The notes under the pieces are model-generated. The model worked only from the letters and a program-made list of their open reading frames with translations. It was not told where the DNA came from and searched no databases. This document shows positions 45,206 to 54,076 of a DNA stretch of 64,000 nt, in pieces. A program made the position numbers and the translations under genes. Source of the DNA: Lachnospiraceae bacterium. Lineage in GTDB: Bacteria > Bacillota > Clostridia > Lachnospirales > Lachnospiraceae. Within the stretch, counting starts at the first letter, position 1. Every line of letters starts with the position of its first letter. The stretch is from the NCBI GenBank assembly GCA_045600085.1, contig JAZRXF010000094.1, forward strand, positions 6,111-70,110, read 5' to 3'.

Positions 45206-46252
45206 TTATATTCTAAATGGAATATGGCAAAGCTCCAATACTTTATTGATAATAAGTGTTATTGATATGGCTATCATCATTGATAGTAATACAAAAATAA
45301 AACACGAAAGCATCATTGGCATAACAACGTTCATTTTAGTACATATTCCGTCTATCATGCCTCGCACTATATCTTCCATAAGATATGCACCAAACGTTCC
45401 ACTTCCTACGATGCAAAGAATTTTAGACGTCTTTTCACCAAGGCTTTCATTTCGTATTAGCATTCTGGCAAGAATAAAAAATACCATCGCAAATAAATCT
45501 GTAGTCACGTTGCTAACATAATCAGTGTATTCCTGATGCACTCCATAATAATACAGCTGGATACCACATCCTATAATTATTAGTCCTAAAAGACTACCTA
45601 TAACTAATTCATAATTCTTTTTACTTCTCTCTATCTCAGCCACATTGGCCAAATAATATCCTATAAGCGGATAAAGAATGGTATTTGTACGTATTTGTAC
45701 ATATACATTAAAATTATGTCCCGTAAAAATGTATATGACTGCAACAATGATGAATGCAATATTGAGCCCAATTAAATAATGATAATGCTCTTTTTTTGCA
45801 TTCTTAACGATAAGTCTAAGTATTGGTAGCATAAGAAGATAGGCAAAATACGCCTTGATATACCAGTACTGTTCTATGATATCTTCACTATATAAATAGT
45901 GTAAATAATCACTTATATCAAAAGAAGAAAATCCTGCTATTCTAACTAATCTCAGATACTGTAAGAAAACAAAGATAACATCAATTATTACTAATCTAAG
46001 AATTCTTTTAACAAATAAATCTTTAACAGACTCTTCCTTGCCAAGAAGTACAGCTCCAGAAATCATGAAAAAAATAGGAACAGCGCACTTACATACAAGA
46101 GACAATACTAACGAAAGAAAATACTGAAATGAATAGTCATTAAGAGTTGCATACAAATAAAAACCTTGATCTCTTGTATGATTATAAATGACAAAGAAAA
46201 TAGCAAATATTCTAAGCACTTCCAGATATACTTGTTTTTTATTCTTTTCCAT
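45206..46252 (-). CDS. acyltransferase-3 family membrane O-acyltransferase
   Basis: MEKNKKQVYLEVLRIFAIFFVIYNHT, polytopic. The start is uncertain: 46252 or 46273, and the ORF-track start at 46396 is TTG. Confidence 0.75.
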   Translation of the reverse strand: MEKNKKQVYLEVLRIFAIFFVIYNHTRDQGFYLYATLNDYSFQYFLSLVLSLVCKCAVPIFFMISGAVLLGKEESVKDLFVKRILRLVIIDVIFVFLQYLRLVRIAGFSSFDISDYLHYLYSEDIIEQYWYIKAYFAYLLMLPILRLIVKNAKKEHYHYLIGLNIAFIIVAVIYIFTGHNFNVYVQIRTNTILYPLIGYYLANVAEIERSKKNYELVIGSLLGLIIIGCGIQLYYYGVHQEYTDYVSNVTTDLFAMVFFILARMLIRNESLGEKTSKILCIVGSGTFGAYLMEDIVRGMIDGICTKMNVVMPMMLSCFIFVLLSMMIAISITLIINKVLELCHIPFRI

Positions 46253-46474
46253 TGATTTATCACTACGAGACATAATATTTCTATAAACTTCCCCTATATC
46301 ACTTTTTATTACATGTTTAATTATAAATGAATAACCACCTAATTCATACCTTTTAAAATAAAAACACGTGATTAATTCTATATCTATCCATATCAATATC
46401 TGTAATTCATACTCTATGAACTAGTCCATTACAAATTATAATAAAACTAGGACATTAAAAAGGAGGATAATAAT

Positions 46475-48073
46475 ATGCCTGTATTTGAAAGACCAATTGT
46501 AAATACGTTGCCTGATGGGGGCAAATACTGGGAGCAAAAATATAATAATTTTCATCTAAAAGCTTACATTCCTGCTACTAAAATATCTGGAAAGATAAAC
46601 AATTATACATTTAGAGCGCCTCTTCTTCTCATTTTTGAAGAAAAGAAGCAAAGCATTGACGATGCCATTAGTTTTGCAAATGAATCAGGTCTATCTGGCA
46701 TAGCTTCCAATGTTGATTCTTCTGTCTTATTCGTTTATCCAACATGTGAAGGTGGTTGGGATAATGCCACAGACGAACTATATAAAGAGCTTATCGCAGA
46801 AGTAAAAATGGATCCTGTTTATGCAGATGGTATATGTGAAGTAAATAACTTTTTCACAAAAACCTTTGAAGGATACTATATTCGTGGTGCCAAGTTCCGT
46901 GCAGATATTTATAGCTATGGTGCTTCGGCCAATTATGTTGCCAAGAATTTACTAAAGAAAGTTGATGGTGAATTTTTATGGGGACCAGGAGAAATAACTC
47001 CAGCAATGTGCTCCATGGAAAGATTAACAGTCATTCCAAATGTAGAACGTAATGACATCGCGATTATCAGTATAAACAATACAGATGAAATAAATAAAGC
47101 TTTCAGTTCATCAGAAAATCTTCTTATTAAGGATAAAGCTGACTATCCAAATGATTACAAGTCTTTCGTTAAAAAATATAAAATGTGGGTAGGAAATATA
47201 GATATAGAACCTGATTTTGATGAACTTAATATGACTGAAGAAGCAGGATGTGTCGTTGTTAATACCTCTGCTAATAATATTAGTGAGATAAGAAATACCA
47301 AAACTCACGAGGTTGGTTACTTTGCGTACTACAACAATGGAATCATGGACAAAGGCCCAGTTCCTCTGGTACTTGGCTTCCATGGTGGCGGCGATTCATC
47401 TATGTACCTTACATTTGTTTCTGAGTGGTATAAGATTGCTCACAAATATGATTTCCTATACGTAGGTGTCGAGAATCATCAATTTGTGTCAGCAACAGAG
47501 GCCATCGAAATAGTAGAGCACTTAAAGTCAAAATACAATATTGATGCTAAAAGAATATATGCGACTGGCTTCTCTATGGGTAGTGGAAAAACCTGGGATA
47601 TATATCAGGAATATCCTAAGCTTTTTGCAGGACTTATGCCAGCAAGTGCATTATTCCCAGTATGGAATAATCCATTTAGCCCTAAGCTTGGCGATAGAAT
47701 GAATATGAGTGAGGCAGTTCCTCTCTTCTATTCTGGCGGTGAAGAATCACCACTTCCTGAGCTTCCTTTCCATGCTGATACATGTATTGAGCGAGTTCAG
47801 TATGTGGCTGAAGTTAATAAACTGAAGAAAGATTTCAGTAAGCTTAAGATTGAAGAAAAGGATTCTTGGACACAAAAATACTGGGGTATTGAAGGAGACC
47901 GTATTGAAGTGCTTCATGATGATTCTAGAAACAGTGATTTAACCATCCATTATTTTGACAGTACTGACGGTATATGCAGAACAGCATTTGCCAGTGTTAG
48001 TGGACAAGGTCACGAATGTAGACATCATTCATTAGAGGCTGCATGGAATTTTGTAAAGCAGTTCACTTTATAA
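46475..48073 (+). CDS. cytoplasmic alpha/beta-hydrolase (esterase; PHB-depolymerase/CE1-like C-terminal domain)
   Basis: 532 aa with no signal peptide. The C-terminal half has LGFHGGGDS and the nucleophile elbow GFSMGSG. The N-terminal half looks like a second, degenerate copy (IYSYGASAN). AGGAGG lies upstream of the ATG. Confidence 0.6.
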   Translation: MPVFERPIVNTLPDGGKYWEQKYNNFHLKAYIPATKISGKINNYTFRAPLLLIFEEKKQSIDDAISFANESGLSGIASNVDSSVLFVYPTCEGGWDNATDELYKELIAEVKMDPVYADGICEVNNFFTKTFEGYYIRGAKFRADIYSYGASANYVAKNLLKKVDGEFLWGPGEITPAMCSMERLTVIPNVERNDIAIISINNTDEINKAFSSSENLLIKDKADYPNDYKSFVKKYKMWVGNIDIEPDFDELNMTEEAGCVVVNTSANNISEIRNTKTHEVGYFAYYNNGIMDKGPVPLVLGFHGGGDSSMYLTFVSEWYKIAHKYDFLYVGVENHQFVSATEAIEIVEHLKSKYNIDAKRIYATGFSMGSGKTWDIYQEYPKLFAGLMPASALFPVWNNPFSPKLGDRMNMSEAVPLFYSGGEESPLPELPFHADTCIERVQYVAEVNKLKKDFSKLKIEEKDSWTQKYWGIEGDRIEVLHDDSRNSDLTIHYFDSTDGICRTAFASVSGQGHECRHHSLEAAWNFVKQFTL

Positions 48074-48101
48074 CAACATAAAAGCTTATTTATAAGTTTT
48101 C

Positions 48102-49157
48102 TTACTTATTAGATTTCTTATTTTTAAGCTTCTTTGATATCTGTTTAAGCTTGTAAACTATTATGAATGCAAAAGTTGATTTTAACTGAAGGTTAATCAG
48201 CTTTTGCTCATAATCGTTAATTTTCTCATTGTAGTAAGTATTATTTCTAAAATCAGGAAAAGTTTCTAGCATTTCTTTTCCAAGTTCTTTTATATATCTG
48301 GCATCTATCTTATTACTTCCCTGCATATATGAAAACAAAGTAGTAACATAAAAAAGAATACAAAACTTATACTCTATAACTTCTCTGTATTCTACTAATG
48401 AACCATTTTCCCTGGCATATCGCAGCATTATACGCATTGCTTCCATTCTGTCCTGACACTTCTTAAGATCAATATAATGAGTGGTCGAATCTTCGTGCTG
48501 ATAGTAGAAATAACCTGCTTCAGGTAAATGCTCATAATGATTAATTCGCATAGCAAGCTCTAAAACAACAGCATTGTCTTCGTACGACATATGCTCTGGA
48601 AAACTAAAATCTTTATCAAAGAAAATCTCACGTTTATAGATTTTGGTGACAACTGGTCCTGGTGTAAGTAAATAATCCTTTCTTTTGTTGTAATCTAATA
48701 TACCTGTCTGAGACATTTCATTACATACTTCACGCTCTGAAGGGACCATCGTATGCTCATATACTCTGCACATATCAGTTCCAACGGCATCCGCACCTGT
48801 ACTTTCTGCGAGCTTAACCATTTTTTCAAATAAATCTAAAGCAGCCCAGTCATCAGCATCCATAAAACCTATATACTGACCATTTGCTTCCTTTAGTCCA
48901 AGGTTTCTTGCACCACCCTGTCTTTTGTTTTCTAGTGAAGCTATCACCTTTACTCTTTCTGGGTATTTCTTTTCGAAGTTTCTAAGAATCTCAAGGGAAT
49001 TGTCTGTAGATGCGTCATCAACAGCGATAATCTCCATACTTTCAAGGGTTTGATTGACCAAAGAATTCATACAATATTCAAGATTACCATCTTTGGCCAT
49101 GTTATAAACTGGCACTATCACGCTTAAAACCACCACTATGCGACATCCCTTTCTCAC
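48102..49157 (-). CDS. family-2 glycosyltransferase
   Basis: LSVIVPVYN, VDDASTDNS and GFMDADDW. The ORF-track start is GTG, so the exact start is uncertain. Confidence 0.85.
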   Translation of the reverse strand: MRKGCRIVVVLSVIVPVYNMAKDGNLEYCMNSLVNQTLESMEIIAVDDASTDNSLEILRNFEKKYPERVKVIASLENKRQGGARNLGLKEANGQYIGFMDADDWAALDLFEKMVKLAESTGADAVGTDMCRVYEHTMVPSEREVCNEMSQTGILDYNKRKDYLLTPGPVVTKIYKREIFFDKDFSFPEHMSYEDNAVVLELAMRINHYEHLPEAGYFYYQHEDSTTHYIDLKKCQDRMEAMRIMLRYARENGSLVEYREVIEYKFCILFYVTTLFSYMQGSNKIDARYIKELGKEMLETFPDFRNNTYYNEKINDYEQKLINLQLKSTFAFIIVYKLKQISKKLKNKKSNK

Positions 49158-49360
49158 CGTAAAACTGCTTTATGATGTATTAATTAATAATGTTACCATA
49201 GTACATCCAGTATAACAATGTTTTAGAAAAGCAATGTATTTCAGCACTATATTCAATAATTAGTCAATAGCGCCTATTGTTTTCATATCGTTGTACATAG
49301 ATTTTTTGTATAATTTCTTTCATAATAAGTGGAGTTGTTAATGAAATGGAGAATATGACT

Positions 49361-50113
49361 ATGAGATTTATTTCGTGGAATGTAAATGGCTTACGTGCAG
49401 TAGTTGGAAAAAACTTTATTGTAGATTTTAATAAATTAGATGCTGATATTTTCTGTCTTCAGGAAACAAAGCTTCAGGAAGGACAGATCGACCTTGAACT
49501 TCCGGGTTACCATCAGTACTGGAACTATGCTGATAAAAAGGGATATAGTGGTACAGCAATATTTACCAAGAATGAGCCTATGTCCGTTTCCTATGGTATA
49601 GGCATCGATGAGCATGATCACGAAGGACGTGTTATAACTCTTGAATTTGAAGACTTTTATTTTATAACAGTATATACACCTAATTCACAAAATGAGTTGG
49701 CCAGACTTCCATATCGTATGAAATGGGAGGATGATTTTAGAGCTTATATTATGAAGCTTGATAAAAAAAAACCGGTAATCTTTTGCGGCGATCTTAATGT
49801 TGCTCATAAAGAAATAGATCTTAAAAATCCAAAGACTAATCATCAGAATGCAGGCTTTACAGATGAAGAGCGAGGCAAGATGACAGACCTTCTTGCGTCT
49901 GGCTTCGTAGATACATTTAGACATTTCTATCCAGATACAGAGCAGATTTATTCATGGTGGTCTTATAGATTCAAGGCTAGAGAGAAGAACTCAGGGTGGC
50001 GTATTGATTACTTTATAACGTCCGAGAGATTAAATGACAGATTGGTTGATGCCAAGATTCATACAGATATTTTGGGTTCAGATCATTGTCCTGTTGAGCT
50101 TGAGATTAAGTAA
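49361..50113 (+). CDS. xth: exodeoxyribonuclease III
   Basis: MRFISWNVNGLRA, CLQETK and GSDHCPV. An alternative start exists at 49346. Confidence 0.9.
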   Translation: MRFISWNVNGLRAVVGKNFIVDFNKLDADIFCLQETKLQEGQIDLELPGYHQYWNYADKKGYSGTAIFTKNEPMSVSYGIGIDEHDHEGRVITLEFEDFYFITVYTPNSQNELARLPYRMKWEDDFRAYIMKLDKKKPVIFCGDLNVAHKEIDLKNPKTNHQNAGFTDEERGKMTDLLASGFVDTFRHFYPDTEQIYSWWSYRFKAREKNSGWRIDYFITSERLNDRLVDAKIHTDILGSDHCPVELEIK

Positions 50114-50170
50114 TATATAGAAAAAAGAAAATAACAATAAAAAATAGTAAATCAAAGACAGGAATTATTA

Positions 50171-50833
50171 ATGAACAAAAAATTTGCAATATTTGATATG
50201 GACGGTACTCTTATTAATTCCATGGATTACTGGTGTAATCTTGGGCGTGAGTATCTCTACAAATATGGTATTACAGAGAATATAGAAGATATATTAGAGG
50301 AAGTTGGCACAAAGACCATGAGTCAGGGTTCAAAGCTTTTTGCCGATAACTTTGATGGACTGCCAAGCGTTCCAGAAATAATATCTGAACTTAGAACTAT
50401 GATTGCTGATCACTATAAGAAAGACGTGGTAACCAAGCCTGGAGTTATAGAGTACTTAGAAGCCCTTCATAATCAGGGTGTACGTATGTGCCTTGCTTCT
50501 GCAACCGATGTTAATCTTGTAGTTTTAGTCATGAAAAGACTGGGAATTGATAAATATTTTGAATTCATGCTTTCCTGTGAAGAAATAGGAAAAGGTAAGG
50601 ATAAACCTGATATTTACTTAGAAGCTGCAAGGAGACTTGGCTGCAAACCAGAGGAAGCTGCTGTATATGAAGATGTTTTTTACTCAGCGAATACAGCTAA
50701 AAAGGCAGGATTCTATACCATTGCTGTCGCAGATGTTAATGCCACTAAAGAATGGGATTCTCTTACAGCCATTGCTGACGAAATAATAATAGATTGGAAA
50801 AAAAGTCTGGATTCTATAGAGAATCCAGACTAA
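50171..50833 (+). CDS. HAD-family hydrolase (beta-phosphoglucomutase-like subfamily)
   Basis: FAIFDMDGTLINS, LASAT, KGKDKPDIY and YEDVFYSANTAKKAG. Confidence 0.8.
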   Translation: MNKKFAIFDMDGTLINSMDYWCNLGREYLYKYGITENIEDILEEVGTKTMSQGSKLFADNFDGLPSVPEIISELRTMIADHYKKDVVTKPGVIEYLEALHNQGVRMCLASATDVNLVVLVMKRLGIDKYFEFMLSCEEIGKGKDKPDIYLEAARRLGCKPEEAAVYEDVFYSANTAKKAGFYTIAVADVNATKEWDSLTAIADEIIIDWKKSLDSIENPD

Positions 50834-50842
50834 TATTACATA

Positions 50843-51367
50843 CTAATTAATCCAATTTTCATCTACTTCTGCTGGAATCTTTGGAGCCTCTACTCCAAGT
50901 ATCTTCTCAAGAGCTTCCACAACATATAAATGATCGGCTGGGTCAGGTAAGCCAGATACCGCAACGGCGCCAACAATCCCTTGACCTTTGACTATAATTG
51001 GAAAACCTCCACAACCAAAACCATATATATCAGACTGTTCACAAAGGTCCTGCAATTCACTTAGAAACATGGCTCTAACCTTGCAGTGCATACTGGAATG
51101 CCCAGTCTTCTTAATAAGCTGATACTTTCTGTATGTCCATCCAAATCTAGTTTCAGCATCACCCTCCATAGCATACTGGAATACTATTGTATCGCCTAGA
51201 AATACTCTATAGCTAAGTGGTCCTGGGGTATTCTTTGAAATCTCGGTTAGCAATATACCAAGCTTTAGTGCATCCTCATTAGTAAACTTATCGAAAACAA
51301 GAATTTCCTCCTGCTTCTCAAGTATTTTTAATAACTCTTTTGCCCCTTCAATATTCCTCTCTAACAA
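50843..51367 (-). CDS. UPF0303/GlcG-like heme-degrading-domain protein
   Basis: 174 aa with GCGGFPIIVKGQGIVGAVAVSGLPDPADH. The start is TTG, with GAGGAGG 9 nt upstream. Confidence 0.7.
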   Translation of the reverse strand: MLERNIEGAKELLKILEKQEEILVFDKFTNEDALKLGILLTEISKNTPGPLSYRVFLGDTIVFQYAMEGDAETRFGWTYRKYQLIKKTGHSSMHCKVRAMFLSELQDLCEQSDIYGFGCGGFPIIVKGQGIVGAVAVSGLPDPADHLYVVEALEKILGVEAPKIPAEVDENWIN

Positions 51368-51394
51368 AAATGTATACCTCCTCTTTATTAATAC

Positions 51395-52180
51395 CTATTT
51401 TCTAGCAGTATAAATATAACGAGACATATTACTAAAGTACTTTTCTCTACCATCTAGTATATAATCGGTTTGCATCACAAGAAGTTCTGCCCAGCTAGCA
51501 CATCCTTCTGCTATCAGTTTATCCTGATACTTAATGGCTACTACACGTTTTTTCGTGAGCATATCGTAAGATTTATCTGTTATATCCTTCGCATCATATT
51601 CCCAGCCTATTTTCTTCATGGCTTTGGCGAAAACTGTAGTATCAGAGTTTTCAGTTTTATCCATAACATCACCTTCCTGATATGCTACGAACAGTACTCC
51701 GCCTGGTTTAAGCCATCGCCTTATCTGATTAACAAACTTTGTCATATCACTAGCAAAATATATGCTGTCCATACATATGATTAAGTCAAATGAATTATCA
51801 TCATATTCCTTTTCACCTATGATACCCTCCTGAAAATCAGACTTCTCGTTACCGAGTAAGCATGCATTTTTTATGGCCTTTTTCGAATAGTCAAATCCAT
51901 GAATGTACGCACCTGTTTTTTGCTGAAGATATCGAAGCATCGCTCCATTTCCACAGCCAACATCAAGTATATGAGCATCCTTAGGAATATACTCAAGTAT
52001 CATATCAACCTGACTGATATCACTAAAGCCATCCTGGGAAAAATCTTCTCCATATGCCTCTTTGCAAAAATCACTAAAAGCCTTGGATTTATGAGCCATA
52101 TCATAAAAGTCTTCATATGCTTCATAAAACAATAAATCTTTTTCTTTACTATTGCTACTCATTATTTTCTTCTCTCCCAT
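51395..52180 (-). CDS. class I SAM-dependent methyltransferase
   Basis: ILDVGCGNGAMLRYL and the acidic-loop motif GFDYS. It lies 31 nt downstream of the ABC-F gene on the same strand. Confidence 0.8.
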   Translation of the reverse strand: MGEKKIMSSNSKEKDLLFYEAYEDFYDMAHKSKAFSDFCKEAYGEDFSQDGFSDISQVDMILEYIPKDAHILDVGCGNGAMLRYLQQKTGAYIHGFDYSKKAIKNACLLGNEKSDFQEGIIGEKEYDDNSFDLIICMDSIYFASDMTKFVNQIRRWLKPGGVLFVAYQEGDVMDKTENSDTTVFAKAMKKIGWEYDAKDITDKSYDMLTKKRVVAIKYQDKLIAEGCASWAELLVMQTDYILDGREKYFSNMSRYIYTARK

Positions 52181-52211
52181 CTTATTATGCCTTTTGAATC
52201 TTATAACTAAT

Positions 52212-53741
52212 TTACAGGCTAATTATCTTTGTTGCTACCTTTTCTTTAAATCTTACATCATGTTCTACTATGAGCATAGTTGGTTTGTAAATATCTATAA
52301 GCTTCTCTATCTGCATTCTTGTAAATACATCTATATAATTTAGTGGTTCATCCCATATATACAGATGAGCTGGTGTAAGAAGACTACTTGCAATCAGCAC
52401 CTTCTTTTTCTGTCCCTCGGAATACTGTTCTATTCTTTTTGAAAACTGTGCTCTTTCAAAATCAAGCTGCCTGAGTAATGATAATAACCTGGTATAATCA
52501 ACATTCGTACTCTGACTGTATTCCTTAAGTGTTCCCTTAAGATGACTGGTATCCTGATTAATATAAGATATTATAAGATTCTCTGGAACTTCCAGAACGC
52601 CTTTACTCTCATAAGATATCTCTGACGTCTTCTGCTCTTTGTTCTTATCCAGTATCGCTTTGATAAGACTGGATTTGCCGCATCCGTTTTCCCCATCAAT
52701 GACCACTCTCTCATTTGCGTTTATCTCAAACTTTAGGTTTTCAAAAACATTTTTCGTACCACTTTTATATTTAAAAGAATAGTCTCTGGCAAATAACAGG
52801 CGTTCTTTATGATAGACTAATGGACTTAATTTAAGATTGGCAACATCCTCGATATCATTTAATAAACCTTCCTTTTCTTCTATCTCCCTGCCAATTCTCG
52901 CCTCGTAGCTTTTTACTCTTTTTTGCATCTTTTTGGTTTTTGCACCAATAAAGGCCCTCGTATCCATGAATCTGTCATGCTCTTTAACCGGATCATATCC
53001 AATTTTGGTACTTTCATTTTGATTAGCCCAGTTACTAACACGATCTGCAGCTGTTTTTAATTTGGATATTTCTTTAAGATGCTTTTCATTCTCTGCTTTG
53101 GCATTAATGTCTGCTTTCTCCTTGTTTTCCCACCAGCTTGAAAAGTTTCCAGCTTGAACTTCTATAGATGACCTATTAAATACCAGTATATGGTCTATAC
53201 ATGCATCTAAAACATCTCTATCATGGGAAACAAGAATGAAGCCCTTCTTTTTTGCAAGATATTCCTTAACCAGTTCTCTTGCTTCTTTATCCAGATGATT
53301 AGTAGGTTCATCTATTAACAGAAATTCGTTGTCCCCAGAAAATAAAACTGCCAACATTATTTTTGTTCTCTCGCCAAAACTAAGTGACTTAAATGGTCTG
53401 TATAGTAACTCTGCATCAACTCCAAGCAGTGGCAGTTCACACATTACTCGCCATTTCTCTATACCTGGTTTCCATATATCCATAAGCTCATCCGCTGAAT
53501 TATCAGTTTCTACAGTCTTTACTGAATATGGAAAATAGTCAAATACCATACTGGTACTTATTTTTCCTGTATACTCGTATTTCCCAAGAAGAAGATTTAG
53601 AAATGTTGTTTTTCCTTTTCCATTTCTGCCAATAAATCCGAGCTTCCAATCGGTATCGATATTAAACGATACATTATCAAAAATATTATCAAAACTACCT
53701 TCATATGCAAAGGAAAGATCATTTACCCTAATTTGTGACAT
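52212..53741 (-). CDS. Lsa-like ABC-F ribosomal-protection ATPase
   Basis: 509 aa with no TM helices and two ABC cassettes: GRNGKGKTT...LSFGERTK...LLIDEPTNHLD and GENGCGKSS...YSEGQKKK...YIWDEPLNYID. The N-terminus MSQIRVNDLSFAYEGSFDNIFDNVSFNIDTDWKLGFIGRNGKGKTTFLNLL resembles Lsa-type proteins. A K/E-rich interdomain linker is present. Confidence 0.88.
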   Translation of the reverse strand: MSQIRVNDLSFAYEGSFDNIFDNVSFNIDTDWKLGFIGRNGKGKTTFLNLLLGKYEYTGKISTSMVFDYFPYSVKTVETDNSADELMDIWKPGIEKWRVMCELPLLGVDAELLYRPFKSLSFGERTKIMLAVLFSGDNEFLLIDEPTNHLDKEARELVKEYLAKKKGFILVSHDRDVLDACIDHILVFNRSSIEVQAGNFSSWWENKEKADINAKAENEKHLKEISKLKTAADRVSNWANQNESTKIGYDPVKEHDRFMDTRAFIGAKTKKMQKRVKSYEARIGREIEEKEGLLNDIEDVANLKLSPLVYHKERLLFARDYSFKYKSGTKNVFENLKFEINANERVVIDGENGCGKSSLIKAILDKNKEQKTSEISYESKGVLEVPENLIISYINQDTSHLKGTLKEYSQSTNVDYTRLLSLLRQLDFERAQFSKRIEQYSEGQKKKVLIASSLLTPAHLYIWDEPLNYIDVFTRMQIEKLIDIYKPTMLIVEHDVRFKEKVATKIISL

Positions 53742-53773
53742 ATACTACCTCCTATGCCTGCGCATTTTAGCAT

Positions 53774-53813
53774 AAAAGAAAAATAGGTCTATTCTGCATA
53801 CGCAAAATAGACC
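53774..53813 (-). terminator. leader (attenuator) terminator upstream of the ABC-F start
   Basis: Minus strand has GGUCUAUU-UUGCGUAUGCAG-AAUAGACC followed by UAUUUUUCUUUU. It ends about 30 nt before the ABC-F RBS (AGGAGG). Confidence 0.6.
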
Positions 53814-53890
53814 CGCACAAATAAACCCTATATATATCAGAACGATAAGTATAAAGTGAACATAGAAATGCGATAATCCAATTTAAGCGT

Positions 53891-53919
53891 ACACAAAAGA
53901 CCTATGCCGCGCACAGGAC
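53891..53919 (-). terminator. first terminator-like hairpin in the ABC-F leader
   Basis: Minus strand has GUCCUGUGC-GCG-GCAUAGGUC (one mismatch, one G-U pair) followed by UUUUGUGU. Confidence 0.4.
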
Positions 53920-53948
53920 TTCTTCAATATGTGTTGACTCAAATCAAA

Positions 53949-53963
53949 CTATCTATTCTTCAT
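53949..53963 (-). promoter_or_regulatory. candidate 4-codon leader uORF (MKNR-stop) of the ABC-F attenuator
   Basis: Minus strand reads AAGGGTGGCGAA-ATG-AAG-AAT-AGA-TAG. The SD-like GGGTGG lies 4 nt upstream, and the uORF is about 45 nt downstream of an extended -10 (TGATATAAT, 54012-54020). Confidence 0.3.
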
Positions 53964-54076
53964 TTCGCCACCCTTACACTAATGTGCTCTTTCTTTTTAT
54001 TTATGACTCATTATATCATTAGATATTAAAAATGCATATTAATTAGCCTACAAAGCTAATTTGGTAATTATTCATA

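Noticed and set aside
53767-53799. Second mini-ORF in the ABC-F leader (ATG CAG AAT AGA CCT ... TAA; MQNRPIFLLC).
   Set aside because: No SD-like sequence lies upstream, and it lies inside the terminator loop and 3' arm. Its similarity to the MKNR uORF is better explained as an RNA-pairing duplication than as a translated peptide.
54001-54015. Mini-ORF ATGAGTCATAAATAA (MSHK) in the ABC-F upstream region.
   Set aside because: Its ATG overlaps the putative -10 (TATAATG), so it would lie at or before the transcription start. It also has no RBS.
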